NCBI GenBank assembly: GCA_963826715.1
Contig: CAWGYA010000008.1
Span: 864,001 to 928,000, forward strand
Length of the DNA stretch: 64,000 nt
Reading direction: 5' to 3'
Source: Candidatus Bathyarchaeota archaeon
Lineage (GTDB): Archaea; Thermoproteota; Bathyarchaeia; Bathyarchaeales; Bathycorpusculaceae
Made by a program: the position numbers and the translations under genes. Position 1 is the stretch's first letter. Each line of letters begins with the position of its first letter. Below the pieces are notes generated by a model. That model ran no database searches and was not told the origin of the DNA. It saw only the letters and a program-made list of their open reading frames with translations. Shown one piece after another: positions 39,533 to 50,844 of the stretch.

Positions 39533-39892
39533 ACTTGAGTGCTCAGTTTATATCAATTACGGTTTAAAATTGCAAGAGGTTTAGTTGCTGACCAACATTT
39601 GTTCCGTGTTCGATGACCTCTTTATACTTTTCATCGTTATAGTTGCTCTTTTTTTTACACGATCTAACCAACAAAGTAAACTCAATCAAAAGTGACGGCG
39701 ATTCTATTTTTTTAAATAGTTCATTTTTTTAGCGAATCTGTTTCTTAGCAAACTACAAAACTCAGTGATGAAGCGGAATAATCTTTTTCTCTTTAATAGA
39801 AGAAATGACTTGGTGGGGGGTTGCTTCTTCTTCTTTTTTCACATTAATGGGGGGTTATGAGGTTAAAAAAGGATTATTTTAATGGGTTTTTT

Positions 39893-41302
39893 CTAATTTC
39901 TTCTTAGTTTTAATTTTATGTTTGCGATAAAATGCATACCCACAGTTATGGCGGTTGTTAATTTAAAGCGTCTTTTTTTATCCAAAAAGTATGCCCTGCG
40001 AAGGTAATAATGGTGAAAGGCGCCTTCTCTAAGCTTCCCTAGTTCTTTCATGCTCAGTTGGGGTGTTTCAAAGATAGGTCTGGTGGTATCGTATAGGTCG
40101 AAATCGGTTACTCTAAGCCAACCCTTCTCTTTTACTAAATCATACATTGGTGTGCCTGGAAAAGGTGTTGCCACATTGTAAAAACCTACTGTGTCGGGAG
40201 CTACTTTTTCAATAAATTTGATGGTGTCCCACGCGCTTTGTTTGGTTTCCCCTGGAAACCCCAAGATTACGTTGGGTACTGGCTGTAGTCCTACCTCTCG
40301 AACCCAACCTAGTACCTTCATTGTTAACTCAGGTGTGATGCCTTTTTTCATCGCGTCTAAAACTTGTTGGGTTCCTGATTCAACACCGAACCAAACGGAG
40401 ATGCAGCCTGCATCTTTCATCTTCATAAGCAGCTCTTTGGTTAGCATATCTACGCGGGTGCCGCAATTCCACTGAATCTTTAAGCCTCGTTGGTGGATTT
40501 CATTGCAGATGTCTTCTACTTTTTGTTGGTCCACTGTAAATGCATCGTCGCAGAAGGTGAATTTGCTTTTGTTATAGGTTTTATGCAGGTATTCTATCTC
40601 GTCAACTACATTTTTTGCGCCTCGCATACGGTATTTACGACCATGCATACGGACCGTACAGCAAAACTCACACCAATACACGCAACCCCTACTCATCGCC
40701 AAATAAAGAACATCTTCATATTCATTGAATTTCTCCATTGGCCAAAGATGTCTGGCGGGAAATGGTAAACTATCTAAATCTTCAATGTAGGAGCGATCGG
40801 GGTTTCTTAGAATTTTTCCGTCTTTTCTAATTGTTGTACCTAAGACGTTTTGGTAACTTTTGCCTTCTTCTATTCGTTGCGCTAACTCTAGTAATGTGTT
40901 TTCTCCCTCGCGTCTTACAACAATGTCGAGTTCTGGGCATTCCTCGAGTGCATGATCATCCCAAAATGTGACATGAGCTCCTCCTGCGATTGTAATGCAT
41001 TTTGGGTAGACTTCTTTTGCGATTTTTATTAATCTTAAACTGGACTTATATGTTAAAGTCGATGATGTAACTCCGACGATATCGGGTTTGTGCTTGCTAA
41101 TTTCACTCCTAAACTCTTCATCTGAAAGCTTTAGAATTTGGCAGTCAATAACATCAACTTTGAAATTGTTTTTCTCTAAAACTGCACCCAAATATCCTAA
41201 ACCCAAAAGAGCAAAAGGCATATGCATTGCAGCTCCAACAGGCGCTGCTGCATTCACTAGAGTTACGTGAGGTTTCATTCTCTTTTCACTGTTACTTCTC
41301 AA
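39893..41302 (-). CDS. B12-binding radical SAM protein (class B) no. 6
   Basis: LLGLGYLGA, SRGCVYWCEFC, GVESG, TPFPGT; same subfamily as nos. 1 and 2; true start may be ATG at 41278. Confidence 0.92.
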   Translation of the reverse strand: MRSNSEKRMKPHVTLVNAAAPVGAAMHMPFALLGLGYLGAVLEKNNFKVDVIDCQILKLSDEEFRSEISKHKPDIVGVTSSTLTYKSSLRLIKIAKEVYPKCITIAGGAHVTFWDDHALEECPELDIVVRREGENTLLELAQRIEEGKSYQNVLGTTIRKDGKILRNPDRSYIEDLDSLPFPARHLWPMEKFNEYEDVLYLAMSRGCVYWCEFCCTVRMHGRKYRMRGAKNVVDEIEYLHKTYNKSKFTFCDDAFTVDQQKVEDICNEIHQRGLKIQWNCGTRVDMLTKELLMKMKDAGCISVWFGVESGTQQVLDAMKKGITPELTMKVLGWVREVGLQPVPNVILGFPGETKQSAWDTIKFIEKVAPDTVGFYNVATPFPGTPMYDLVKEKGWLRVTDFDLYDTTRPIFETPQLSMKELGKLREGAFHHYYLRRAYFLDKKRRFKLTTAITVGMHFIANIKLKLRRN

Positions 41303-41705
41303 ATTGGCAGGGCTTTGTGCTTAAACATTTCGCCTAGAATCTGAAAAATAGGAAACTACATCCGATTAAAAGAGTATCCCTAAATAATTCTTTAAAGCGC
41401 TATAATTCATTTTCAGTGGATGATGTTTGTGTTTATTTTACATAATTACATGTCTCTTTGAAACGAATATTGCGCCTCTTTCGCATCACTGATGATTGTA
41501 TATTTATCTCGGTGTTATTGAGAGAAAAAAGTTGTAGGTGAATTTTTTGTATTATTAATATTTTTAAATTATTTTTATTGTAAAACATTAATTTTTTTGG
41601 TAATTTTAGGTTACTATGTTGGAAAAAACGTATCTAAAAAGCATAAATCCTAAATAGCTCGGTGCATGGTATTAAGCTTACAAGTTTAAGGAGAAAAATA
41701 AAAAA

Positions 41706-44466
41706 TTGCAAAAACAGTTTTCTAAAAATAAAGCAGCAGCTATTTCGTTCGCAGTATTACTCATTGTTTCAATGAGCGCATCGATGGCACTGATACCAAC
41801 AGTTCAATCACACACACCCCCATGGGACATTGCAACATTCGCTTACATCAACGTTGCACCTAACCCAATCGGTGTAGGTCAACAAGCAAACATTCTGATC
41901 TGGCTCGATAAAACTTTCGATCAATCAATCTCTCTATCTAACGACTATCGTTTCCACAATTACAACCTTACCATAACAAAGCCTGACGGCACTGTAGAGA
42001 CAAAGATTTTTGAATACATTACTGACACAACTTCTTCTCAATACTATGCATATGTACCAGACCAAGTTGGAGTATACACTCTTGACTTTGACTTCCCAGG
42101 ACAAGAATTCAACCAATACAGCCATCCAACAGGATCACAAAACGTTAACGACACTTTCTTACCAAGTCACGCCCAAACGACATTGACAGTTCAGGAAGAA
42201 CAGATACCTAACCCAATAACTAGCTATCCCCTACCTTCTGAGTATTGGACACGCCCAATCTACGGAGAAAACACTGACTGGTGGGCTATCTCGTCAAACT
42301 GGCTAGGAACAGGCGCACCCGGACTACACTACTTGGAGTGGCGCAGGTTTAAACAGATTCCCAGGAGACGCAGTAGGACCACTAACTGGCCACATTATGT
42401 GGACTAAGCCAATTCAAATGGGCGGAGTCGTCGGAGGCAACACAACCACTGCACCAGACCTAAACGGAAATACTTGGTTTGAAGGTTCTGCATACAACCA
42501 ACGATATTCTAATCCAATCATCGTTGCCGGCATGCTAATCTACAACCCACCGGTCTCATACACAGGCTCCAATAGTGGACCAACCACATGCGTTGATCTA
42601 CAAACTGGACAAGTTATCTGGTCACGATCTGATGTACCCGCGATATCATTTGCATATATTTACGACGTTGAAGATCCACAGCAACACGGAGTTTATCCAG
42701 CAATCTTGTTCACCAGCAACTTTGCATCAGCTTATGATGCATATACAGGCGATCATCTCTTTGATGTGAGGAACGTTCCAGGTGGTGGAAGCTTCTTTGG
42801 CCCAGGTGCCGCAGTAGCTCTCGGACCACAAGGTGAACACCTAAGATATGTCTGGACAAACAATGCTGGATTTGGTCAACCTGCAAACTACACATTAGGT
42901 GAATGGAACTCTACCAAGCTTTGGACAGGAGCAGGATTCGCAAACCCAACCAGCACAGGATTATCACCAGTTCCAGATACAACCACGACCAGCACAACAA
43001 CAAACGTTTCATCAACAACCTACGTAAACGGCGCAATGGTGACGACACTTACCCCAACCACAACATCTTCCACATACGTAGATGCAAGCACCTCAACAGG
43101 TACTCACACACGTTATGACTGGATCGTTCAGATGCCAGGTTTCAGTAGCTCACCAACACCCGTTGGAGTAATCCCGGGCGATATTGTCATCTATGAAAAC
43201 GGAACTCTGCCAACTTTAACTACTTCACAATTCGGCACAAACAGCTATACTCCATACACCTACTTCGCTGTTAACCTTGATTCACATCGAGGTGCAGTAG
43301 GTAGCATTCTTTGGATGCATAACTACGACGCTCCTGCAGGCAACATCTCTGTTGCGATAGCCACAATTGATCCAGTAAACCGTGTATTCATTGAAGGATA
43401 CAAAGAAACTATGCAATTCGTTGGATACAGCATGGACACAGGCGCAAAACTATGGACAACCGATGGACAGACTTCACTTGACTACTATGGCAACCCAGCA
43501 CTACCAAACGCTAACGGTATTACTGCTTATGGTAAACTCTACAGCTCTCAATTAGGCGGAATTATGTACTGCTATGATACAGCAACAGGCGCTCTACTTT
43601 GGACATTCGGCAATGGCGACACCCCAGACAACTCTACTAATGCAGGTAGATACAATGCTTATGGTCACTACCCAACCTTCATACAAGCAATCGGCAACGA
43701 TGTCATATACACAGTTACAACCGAACACACAGTTAACACACCAATCTACAAAGGTGCAGTAGCAAGAGGAATCAACGCAACATCCGGCTTACAAATCTGG
43801 GAACTATCCGATTACACTGGTGAATTCTTCACAATGAGCACAGCAATCGCAGATGGCTATTACACATTCTTCAACGGCTATGACAATCAAATCTACGTAG
43901 TTGGTAGAGGACCAAGCGCAACTTCAGTACAAGCACCACTAACTTCAGTAGCAGCAGGCAACCAAGTTGTCATACAAGGATCAGTTGCAGACATCGCTTC
44001 TGGTACACAACAAACTGAGCAAGCAGCTCGTTTCCCACACGGTGTTCCCTTAGCCTCTGATGAGAGCATGAAGGACTGGATGGGTTATGTTTACCAGCAG
44101 AAACCAATGCCAACCGACTTCACAGGCGTAACAGTATCACTATATGCATTAGACCCCAACGGCAACTACATCACCTTAGGTGATGCAACAACAGACGTTT
44201 ACGGAACATTCCACTACACTTGGACAACACCAGACGTTCCAGGAGACTACTCAATCTACGCTTCATTCGCCGGAACTAGAGGTTACTGGCCATCAACAGC
44301 CACAACCGCTATGAACGTCGGAGAAGCACCCGCAACACCAGCACCAACAGAGACACCTCCAGCATCAATGGCTGATCAATACCTCATTCCATCCGTGATC
44401 GCGATCATCGTCGTCATCATAATCGTTGGCGCCTTGATCATGCTCATGCTACGAAGACGACCATAA
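41706..44466 (+). CDS. Large secreted PQQ-type beta-propeller surface protein, split by one frameshift near 42320
   Basis: ORF 41706-42407 reads ...WLGTGAP and the other frame continues DYTTWSGAGLNRFPGDAVGPLTGHIMWTKP into ORF 42397-44466; signal peptide, TM tail ending RRRP, strong codon bias. Confidence 0.8.
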
Positions 44467-44908
44467 AACTACCACAAAAAAATCAAAATCCCTTTCTTTT
44501 CTTTTTTTCGTTAAATAAATTAATAACAAAATTTATCTGAAAATTTTCTAGCTTTTTCAGAATTATGTATAGCCTCTCAATCTTGATGTATTTATAAAAA
44601 ATTTCGTGTCTAATTTTTTTTGCGATCACAACGTGTTTCGAGAAACCCCAATGTCCAACTCACAAAATGTTTTGCCCAAACAAAGCCTCCTAAAACAACA
44701 AAATAAAATAAAACTAGCCGAAGAGTATTTTCTCTCAAAATTATTTAATCCCTAGATTGCAGCAAAATCCTTCGCCTTGATGTCAATTTAAATTCAATTA
44801 TAAAGCTTGAAATTAAGGTTGTATTGGTATTATCCGAATTTCAAACAATATATTAATTTGAAAAACACTCAATACAACAACCTTAACTCAATAAAGGGTA
44901 ACTTCCAC

Positions 44909-45721
44909 TTGCAAATCAACCAAACATTCAGAGAAAAAATACATAAGGCAAACATCGAAGTCCATCGTAACGAAGCCCAATATTATGAGTTACTCCACCC
45001 CGAAGTCTACAGTCGAAAAGAACAGAAACGCATAACCAACAAGCTTACCTCAGTCACAGCACAAATTAGAAATAATAAAAAAAATGCGCTAGATGTTGGA
45101 GCAGGCACCGGTAACCTCACTGGCAAGCTTTTACTGATGGGTTACAATGTGACAGCAACTGATATTTCGCCTGAAATGTGTGAAATTCTACAAAAAAAAT
45201 ATGCCCCCTATCTTCAAAGTAAGTTGGTCGTGATTAATGCCCCCATTGAAGAGCTCAATTTTGACACGAGCAAATTTGACTTAATTTCTTTCTACAGTGT
45301 GCTACATCACCTTCCCGATTATTTGTCGGCGTTACAAAAGGTTTGTAGTTTTCTCAAGAAGGGAGGCGTAGTCTATATCGACCATGAAGCCTCACCAGCC
45401 TATTGGCGCGGGGAGAACAATAGCTTGATTAGCCTCATTAAAGACCTCTATTTCCACTCAAACCCTGTCATAAACAGTTTGTACTTTCAACTCACTGGAC
45501 TCAATGTTCCGTCAATTGATTATACTCTTTCAGATTTTTGGCACAAAAAAGAGCACGCCCTTGACCACAAAGCAATTGAAGAGGTCTTTAAAACCGAAGG
45601 ATTCTACCATTATATTCGAACTGACTACTACCAAACTGCAACATGGATGCCAAATCCTTTATTTCCAATTTATAGGTTACTCTGTAAACCTGAAATGAGT
45701 TACTGGATAGCTAAAAAATAA
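44909..45721 (+). CDS. Class I SAM-dependent methyltransferase
   Basis: ALDVGAGTG, DISPEM, SVLHHLPD, LKKGG; TTG start after AAGGG. Confidence 0.87.
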   Translation: MQINQTFREKIHKANIEVHRNEAQYYELLHPEVYSRKEQKRITNKLTSVTAQIRNNKKNALDVGAGTGNLTGKLLLMGYNVTATDISPEMCEILQKKYAPYLQSKLVVINAPIEELNFDTSKFDLISFYSVLHHLPDYLSALQKVCSFLKKGGVVYIDHEASPAYWRGENNSLISLIKDLYFHSNPVINSLYFQLTGLNVPSIDYTLSDFWHKKEHALDHKAIEEVFKTEGFYHYIRTDYYQTATWMPNPLFPIYRLLCKPEMSYWIAKK

Positions 45722-45859
45722 TCTTCACTATCAACTATCAGAATTAGGTTTTAAATGAGTGGAGAGTTGCAGCCTGTCGAGTTAATTTTTATCGCTCGGT
45801 TTCCGTTAAAGCTATAAGTCCCGCGGGGCATCAAAGCTAAAATATCTTGAGGCAAAACA

Positions 45860-47278
45860 ATGCCCGCTCAAACTCCACCTCAAAATTCTGCAGAGAAAAT
45901 TACGATTCTGTTGATGACGACTGCACCTCCTGAGGACGGCGCATGGTACTTAGGTAAACGTCTACCGCCTATTGGATTGATGTATGTTGCAGCGGCGCTA
46001 GAGAAATCTGGTTACAATGTGCAAATGCTAGATAATTATCTTATGAAGAAACCAATAGAGGAAGTTAAACAATTAATCAGTAGTCTCAAACCTCAGATCG
46101 TGGGCATAACCTGCGGTTCCGCCACGTATCCACAATGTGTTGAAACCGCCAAGGCTATCAAAGAAGTAAACCCCACTTGCCACATTGTAGTCGGCGGATG
46201 GCATGCCTCTTACATGCCCGACAGTCTCCTAAGTCACCCTGAAATAGACTATGTCGTAATGGGCGAGGGCGAACGCGCCATAGTGCAGCTTGCAAATGCA
46301 ATTTCTAGCGGCAACACAAAACAAGCTGAATCCATTGCAGGAGTAGCCATTCGAACCAGCAAAGGGAACATAAAAAATCCCCCCGTTTATATCGAAAATA
46401 TGGATGAAATCCCTTACCCTGCAAGGCATCTGCTACCGCTTGAACTTTACGACCGTACAATAGAATTCCTGGATGCGAAACCAGCGGATGTTATGAGCAT
46501 CAGTCGAGGCTGTGTGTTTAACTGTGGTTTCTGTGAGACCCGAAAACTATGGGGAAACATCTGCCGCGGCTTTAGCCCAACGCGGGTTCTCGGAGAAATC
46601 GAGGACTTAATGAGTCGATACGGAACACGGGGAATATACTTCATCAATGACAATTTTACACTTAGAAAAGAAAAAACCATCGAACTCTGCAACCTAATGA
46701 TTGAGAAAAAACTAAGCTTGGAGTGGGTTTGCGATACCAGAGTGGACCTCGTCAACGACGAACTCTTGGCGTTAATGAGTAAAGCAGGATGCAAAACCAT
46801 ATGGTTTGGTGTGGAGTCAGCCTCGCCTCAGATTCTCAAACGTATCGGCAGAAACACCAAACCTGAACAAGTGGAAGTCGCCTTTAAACTCTGCAAGAAA
46901 CACCACATCAAAACCGCCTGTAGCTTCATGTTGGGTTTACCTGATGAGACCCTCGCTGACATGGAAGAGTCCCTAAAATTCGCCAAAAAACTTGTTCCCG
47001 ATTGGTGTCAATTCAACACGTTTATCGCCTATCCTGATAGTAAACTCTACAACGAACTCTTAGAAAGCGGGAAATACATCAAACTCGACGAATTCCTCCT
47101 CAGTGTCAAAAGCGATGAATACACCTATGAGATGCTCCAGAATCTTCAGCGACGCTTTTTTAAAGAATTCCACATGACACCCAGACAAATTTACAAGAGG
47201 GTGCGAAGAGAAGGTGTATGGAACTTTGCCAAACGCCGGCTAATAGGTGGCACGCGCAAAACCAGCGGCGTAGCATAG
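45860..47278 (+). CDS. B12-binding radical SAM protein (class B) no. 7
   Basis: PPIGLMYVAA, GGWHAS, SRGCVFNCGFC, GVESAS. Confidence 0.92.
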   Translation: MPAQTPPQNSAEKITILLMTTAPPEDGAWYLGKRLPPIGLMYVAAALEKSGYNVQMLDNYLMKKPIEEVKQLISSLKPQIVGITCGSATYPQCVETAKAIKEVNPTCHIVVGGWHASYMPDSLLSHPEIDYVVMGEGERAIVQLANAISSGNTKQAESIAGVAIRTSKGNIKNPPVYIENMDEIPYPARHLLPLELYDRTIEFLDAKPADVMSISRGCVFNCGFCETRKLWGNICRGFSPTRVLGEIEDLMSRYGTRGIYFINDNFTLRKEKTIELCNLMIEKKLSLEWVCDTRVDLVNDELLALMSKAGCKTIWFGVESASPQILKRIGRNTKPEQVEVAFKLCKKHHIKTACSFMLGLPDETLADMEESLKFAKKLVPDWCQFNTFIAYPDSKLYNELLESGKYIKLDEFLLSVKSDEYTYEMLQNLQRRFFKEFHMTPRQIYKRVRREGVWNFAKRRLIGGTRKTSGVA

Positions 47279-48370
47279 GTGGCGACCATGAAAAAGAGGC
47301 GGTTGGGCAGAACTAACCTGCAAGTTTCGCAGGTAGGTTTTGGTGGAACATGGATATCTGAGGTGCCCACAGAGGAAGCCACCAGGGTTGTCAGGCATGC
47401 ATATGATTCAGGAATTAACTATTTTGACACTGCAAGATGGGACGGTAACAGTGAAGAGAAGATCGGCGAGGCCCTTCAAGGCAACAGAGACCAATGCGTT
47501 ATCGCCACAAAAACAGGAAGCCGAACCAAGCGGGAATCAATGGACGACTTCAAAGTAAGCTTGAAGAATCTAAAAACCGATCACCTCGATATCATTCAGC
47601 TTCACGGCATAGACGACGAGAAAACTCTATCCAAAGCCATGGGCGCCGACGGCTCACTGCAAACCTGCAAAGAAGCCCGTCGCGAGGGGATAGTGGATTT
47701 TGTCGGCATCACCGGGCACAAACCCCGTGTTTTGGCGAAAGCTGTGGCAACAGGCGAGTTTGACACAGTTTTAGTCCCTCTCAACGTGGTGACAAGACAG
47801 GCGATTGAGGAACTGCTTCCTGTTGCGACGGCACAGGATGTAGGGGTTGTAGCAATGAAACCCTTCTTTGCAAAAACATCTAATTTAATTACTTGTCTAT
47901 ACAAGCCCTCACTTTCGCTTGTTTCCGATAAGTCTGAACTCAAAAAACTGTTGGGTGAATCAATCGATGAACGGATCAAAAGTGCACTTCGGTATGTGCT
48001 TTCACAAAATATTTCAGCTGTTATTCCAGGATTACGAAGTATCCCCGAAGTTGAAACAGCCGCCAAAATCGGCGATCAATACGTAGGTTCAATGTCGGGT
48101 GAGAATGAGCGGTTCAGTTTTGAGTTAGGGAATTACTGCCGCGATTGTGGAGTCTGCATGCCTTGCCCTGAAGGCGTTAACATTCCAGCAGAGTTGCGGT
48201 TTCAAATGCTCAGCGAAGTCTACGGCTTAAGGCAGTGGGCAAAAGAATTATACTCGGGCTTGGACGTCAAGGATCACAAGTGCACAGGTTGTGGGGAATG
48301 CTCGCCTAAATGTCCCTACAAACTACCCATAGAAGAGAAGCTGAAAAAAGCCCGGCGTGACCTACTGTAA
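47279..48370 (+). CDS. Aldo/keto reductase with C-terminal Fe-S domain
   Basis: RRLGRT.L.VS.VGFGG, INYFDTA, IATK, DIIQLHG; CRDCGVCMPCP and CTGCGECSPKCP. Confidence 0.9.
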   Translation: MATMKKRRLGRTNLQVSQVGFGGTWISEVPTEEATRVVRHAYDSGINYFDTARWDGNSEEKIGEALQGNRDQCVIATKTGSRTKRESMDDFKVSLKNLKTDHLDIIQLHGIDDEKTLSKAMGADGSLQTCKEARREGIVDFVGITGHKPRVLAKAVATGEFDTVLVPLNVVTRQAIEELLPVATAQDVGVVAMKPFFAKTSNLITCLYKPSLSLVSDKSELKKLLGESIDERIKSALRYVLSQNISAVIPGLRSIPEVETAAKIGDQYVGSMSGENERFSFELGNYCRDCGVCMPCPEGVNIPAELRFQMLSEVYGLRQWAKELYSGLDVKDHKCTGCGECSPKCPYKLPIEEKLKKARRDLL

Positions 48371-48392
48371 GATAAAGATGAAGAAAAGCAGT

Positions 48393-49517
48393 TTATTGAA
48401 CTATTGCAGGTAATACTCTCTTTATCGTTTCCACAAGTTCGTGGTTATCTTTGGCAGATCGCACTGTTATGCGGAAGTAGCTGTCGTTCATGCCCATGAA
48501 TGTGCAACAATCACGGATGAGAATGCGCTCCTTTGCTAGTAAATCCTTTAGCATAGTTGAAGTGAGTTTGCGGTTCTGGATTTTTACTAGTAAGAAGTTC
48601 GTTGTGGATGGATAAACGTGAAAGCCTCCGATTTCTCTTAGATCGTTGGCGAGGTTAGTTCGATTTTTTGTTATTATCTCCTTTGTGCTTTTGATGAATT
48701 CGATGTCATTGAAAGCTGCAAGTGTAGTTTGACATGCTAAGCCGTTAATGCTCCACGGTTGCCGCATCGTTTCAAGCTTCTCAATGAGATTTGTTGCTGC
48801 GATGGCGTAGCCCAATCGTAAACCCGCCAAACCATAGAATTTTGTAACTGATCGAATCACAAACAGGTTCTCATAGTCTTTAACCAAGCCCACCAAGGTA
48901 TTTCTGTCACCATCAGCTGCGAACTCAATGTAATTCTCGTCTATACTGAAAATTATGTCGCGTTTCTGACAGAACTCCACAAGGTCCAAGACCTCTTCTT
49001 TGTTGTAAAGTCGTCCTGAAGGACTATGTGGATTACATATGCAGAGGATTTTTGTTTCGTCGGTTATTGCTGCTTTGATTTTTTCGGGTTCCAATGCAAA
49101 GTCTTCGGGTAATTGCACAAAAACGGGTTCGCCGCCAACTCGCAGCGCCGCTTTTTCATATTCAGAGAACGAGGGAATTGGAATCAGTGCCTTGAAGTCT
49201 TTTGGTAGACCCTCGGCTATCATGTAGATGAGTTCAATTGAGCCGTTGCCCAAAAGAATGTTTTCTCCGCTTACGCCGTGCCCCACATATTGGGCAATTG
49301 CGTCTTTGAATTCGACGGGGTTAGGGTCTGGGTAGAATTTTATTAGACGCGCATTTTGCTTAACTGCTTCCACCGCTTTGGGTGGTGGCCCCATGAAGTT
49401 TATGGGTCCGCTGAATTCAAGCACTTCTTCTAATGGGATGTTATGTTTTCTGCTAAAACCCCAGATGTCGCCGCCGTGAGTGATGAACCTTCGTTTCTTA
49501 CATGTGCTTGACATCAA
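48393..49517 (-). CDS. cobD: L-threonine-O-3-phosphate decarboxylase (PLP-dependent, HisC family)
   Basis: HGGD...EFSGPINFMGPP N-terminus typical of CobD, RSVTKFYGLAGLRLGY, ILIRDC; cbiB and cbiZ lie in the same region. Confidence 0.8.
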   Translation of the reverse strand: MMSSTCKKRRFITHGGDIWGFSRKHNIPLEEVLEFSGPINFMGPPPKAVEAVKQNARLIKFYPDPNPVEFKDAIAQYVGHGVSGENILLGNGSIELIYMIAEGLPKDFKALIPIPSFSEYEKAALRVGGEPVFVQLPEDFALEPEKIKAAITDETKILCICNPHSPSGRLYNKEEVLDLVEFCQKRDIIFSIDENYIEFAADGDRNTLVGLVKDYENLFVIRSVTKFYGLAGLRLGYAIAATNLIEKLETMRQPWSINGLACQTTLAAFNDIEFIKSTKEIITKNRTNLANDLREIGGFHVYPSTTNFLLVKIQNRKLTSTMLKDLLAKERILIRDCCTFMGMNDSYFRITVRSAKDNHELVETIKRVLPAIVQ

Positions 49518-50052
49518 TCTCTTTCTCCAGTAGCTTGTAAAGTTCTTTTTCTGCTTGTAAATCGGCTTTGTAGTGTGCGTTATACAAGTTCACGAGCTTG
49601 TAAAGCCAATACACGATGCCTACACCTAAGGTGAATATTGTTATCAATACATATGTTGTTAACGGTATAGTTTGAGGCATAAAGACCCTGTGAGGCAGTG
49701 TAGCGGCGAGAAAGGCATCTTGATTCTGTTCATGTTTGGACAGATCTCTTGATAGAAGGTAAACAATAATGAACGCTGGTATGATTAGGATTATGCTTGC
49801 CGCCCAAAGTTTAGCATTGCGCGGTTCATAAGGTTGGCTTGGCGGGGGCACTTCTTTACCCTTGCTTTTTAGGTAGGTCGCAACTTGCAGCTCAAGCTCA
49901 GTTTCTCTTTGTAGATGTCTATTTCTGCCATTCACGAGCCGGTAAAACATAGGGAAAAAGGCAATGCCAAACGTGACGACTGCACCCAGAAACCACATGG
50001 AAAACCAGATTTTCCGGTCGACTTGTGCTTTTTGATTTATTTTGGTTTGCAT
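49498..50052 (-). CDS. Membrane protein with duplicated hairpin (DUF4234-like)
   Basis: VVTFGIA...NRH and IFTLGVG.VYWLYK...NAH repeats. Confidence 0.6.
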   Translation of the reverse strand: MQTKINQKAQVDRKIWFSMWFLGAVVTFGIAFFPMFYRLVNGRNRHLQRETELELQVATYLKSKGKEVPPPSQPYEPRNAKLWAASIILIIPAFIIVYLLSRDLSKHEQNQDAFLAATLPHRVFMPQTIPLTTYVLITIFTLGVGIVYWLYKLVNLYNAHYKADLQAEKELYKLLEKEIDVKHM

Positions 50053-50118
50053 GGTGGGTCAAACTGATGTGGTGGATGCTTACAAGTTTGGGGTAGCCAA
50101 ACTTTATAAGGTCTTCCA

Positions 50119-50840
50119 TTGGCTTTCTTAAATAAAATGAGCCCAAGGGAAATGCTGCTCTCCATCATAATTCCCGTCTACAACGAGCAATTAACCATAG
50201 GCAACATCATTGACCGCACCAAAGCCGCATTGGCGCAGCTTGGGGTTCCTTACGAAATCATCGTGGTCGATGACTGCTCCCATGACAAATCGCTTGAAGT
50301 GGCAAAAAAACACAACGGCAAAGGCAAAGTCTACACTTTAAGGGAGCATCTGGGAAAGGGCTACGTGCTCCGCGCTGGGTTTGCTAAAGCCAAAGGCGAT
50401 ATAGTAGTCACTATCGATTCGGACGGGTCTCATCGACCAGAAGAACTCAAAGAAGTTTTAACACCCGTTCTGGAGAATAAGGCAGACCTTGTTATCGGCT
50501 CTCGGTACATGAATCAAAAACCCGTTGCGGCTAAAAACTAAATGCTTTTGGAGTGCGTATGTTCAACTCCTTAATCAAGCTCCTAACTGGAACCGCCACA
50601 ACGGATTCCCAATCAGGCTACCGCGCAATAAAACGGCAAGTCCTTGAAAAACAAAAGTTGTACGCTCGAGAGTACGAAATAGAATCTGAAATGCTGGTTA
50701 AAACTGTTAAGGCAGGTTTTAGGGTATCTGAAGTGCCCATTAGTTTTGAGCAGCGCACCTACGGAACCAGCGGCGTTGACCCACTTTGGGATGGCTCTAA
50801 AATCCTATATTCGATTGTTCTGGCGCATTTTAGGGGATAA
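50119..50840 (+). CDS. Glycosyltransferase family 2 (DPM1-like), frameshifted at the A-run 50533-50537
   Basis: IIIPVYNE, VDDCSHD, DSDGSH, then TDSQSGYRA in the next frame. Confidence 0.8.
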
Positions 50841-50844
50841 CAAA

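Noticed and set aside
39533-39892. RiPP precursor peptide in the larger intergenic gaps (also 6351-6572, 41303-41705, 44467-44908)
   Set aside because: No convincing short ORF with a ribosome-binding site and leader/core pattern was found; the gaps look like AT-rich promoter and terminator DNA
42300-42410. Programmed ribosomal frameshift in the propeller gene
   Set aside because: No slippery heptamer is apparent at the junction; a single-base error or mutation is simpler
21720-45820. Recurring TTTCCG(T/A)AAA motif as a regulon operator
   Set aside because: The clear copies (21733, 30124, 45803) sit immediately before a TATA-like box, so it is explained as the ordinary archaeal BRE element
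48393-49517. hisC
   Set aside because: The N-terminal HGG...FS..IN..G pattern and nearby cbiB/cbiZ favour CobD, although the families are close and hisC is not fully excluded
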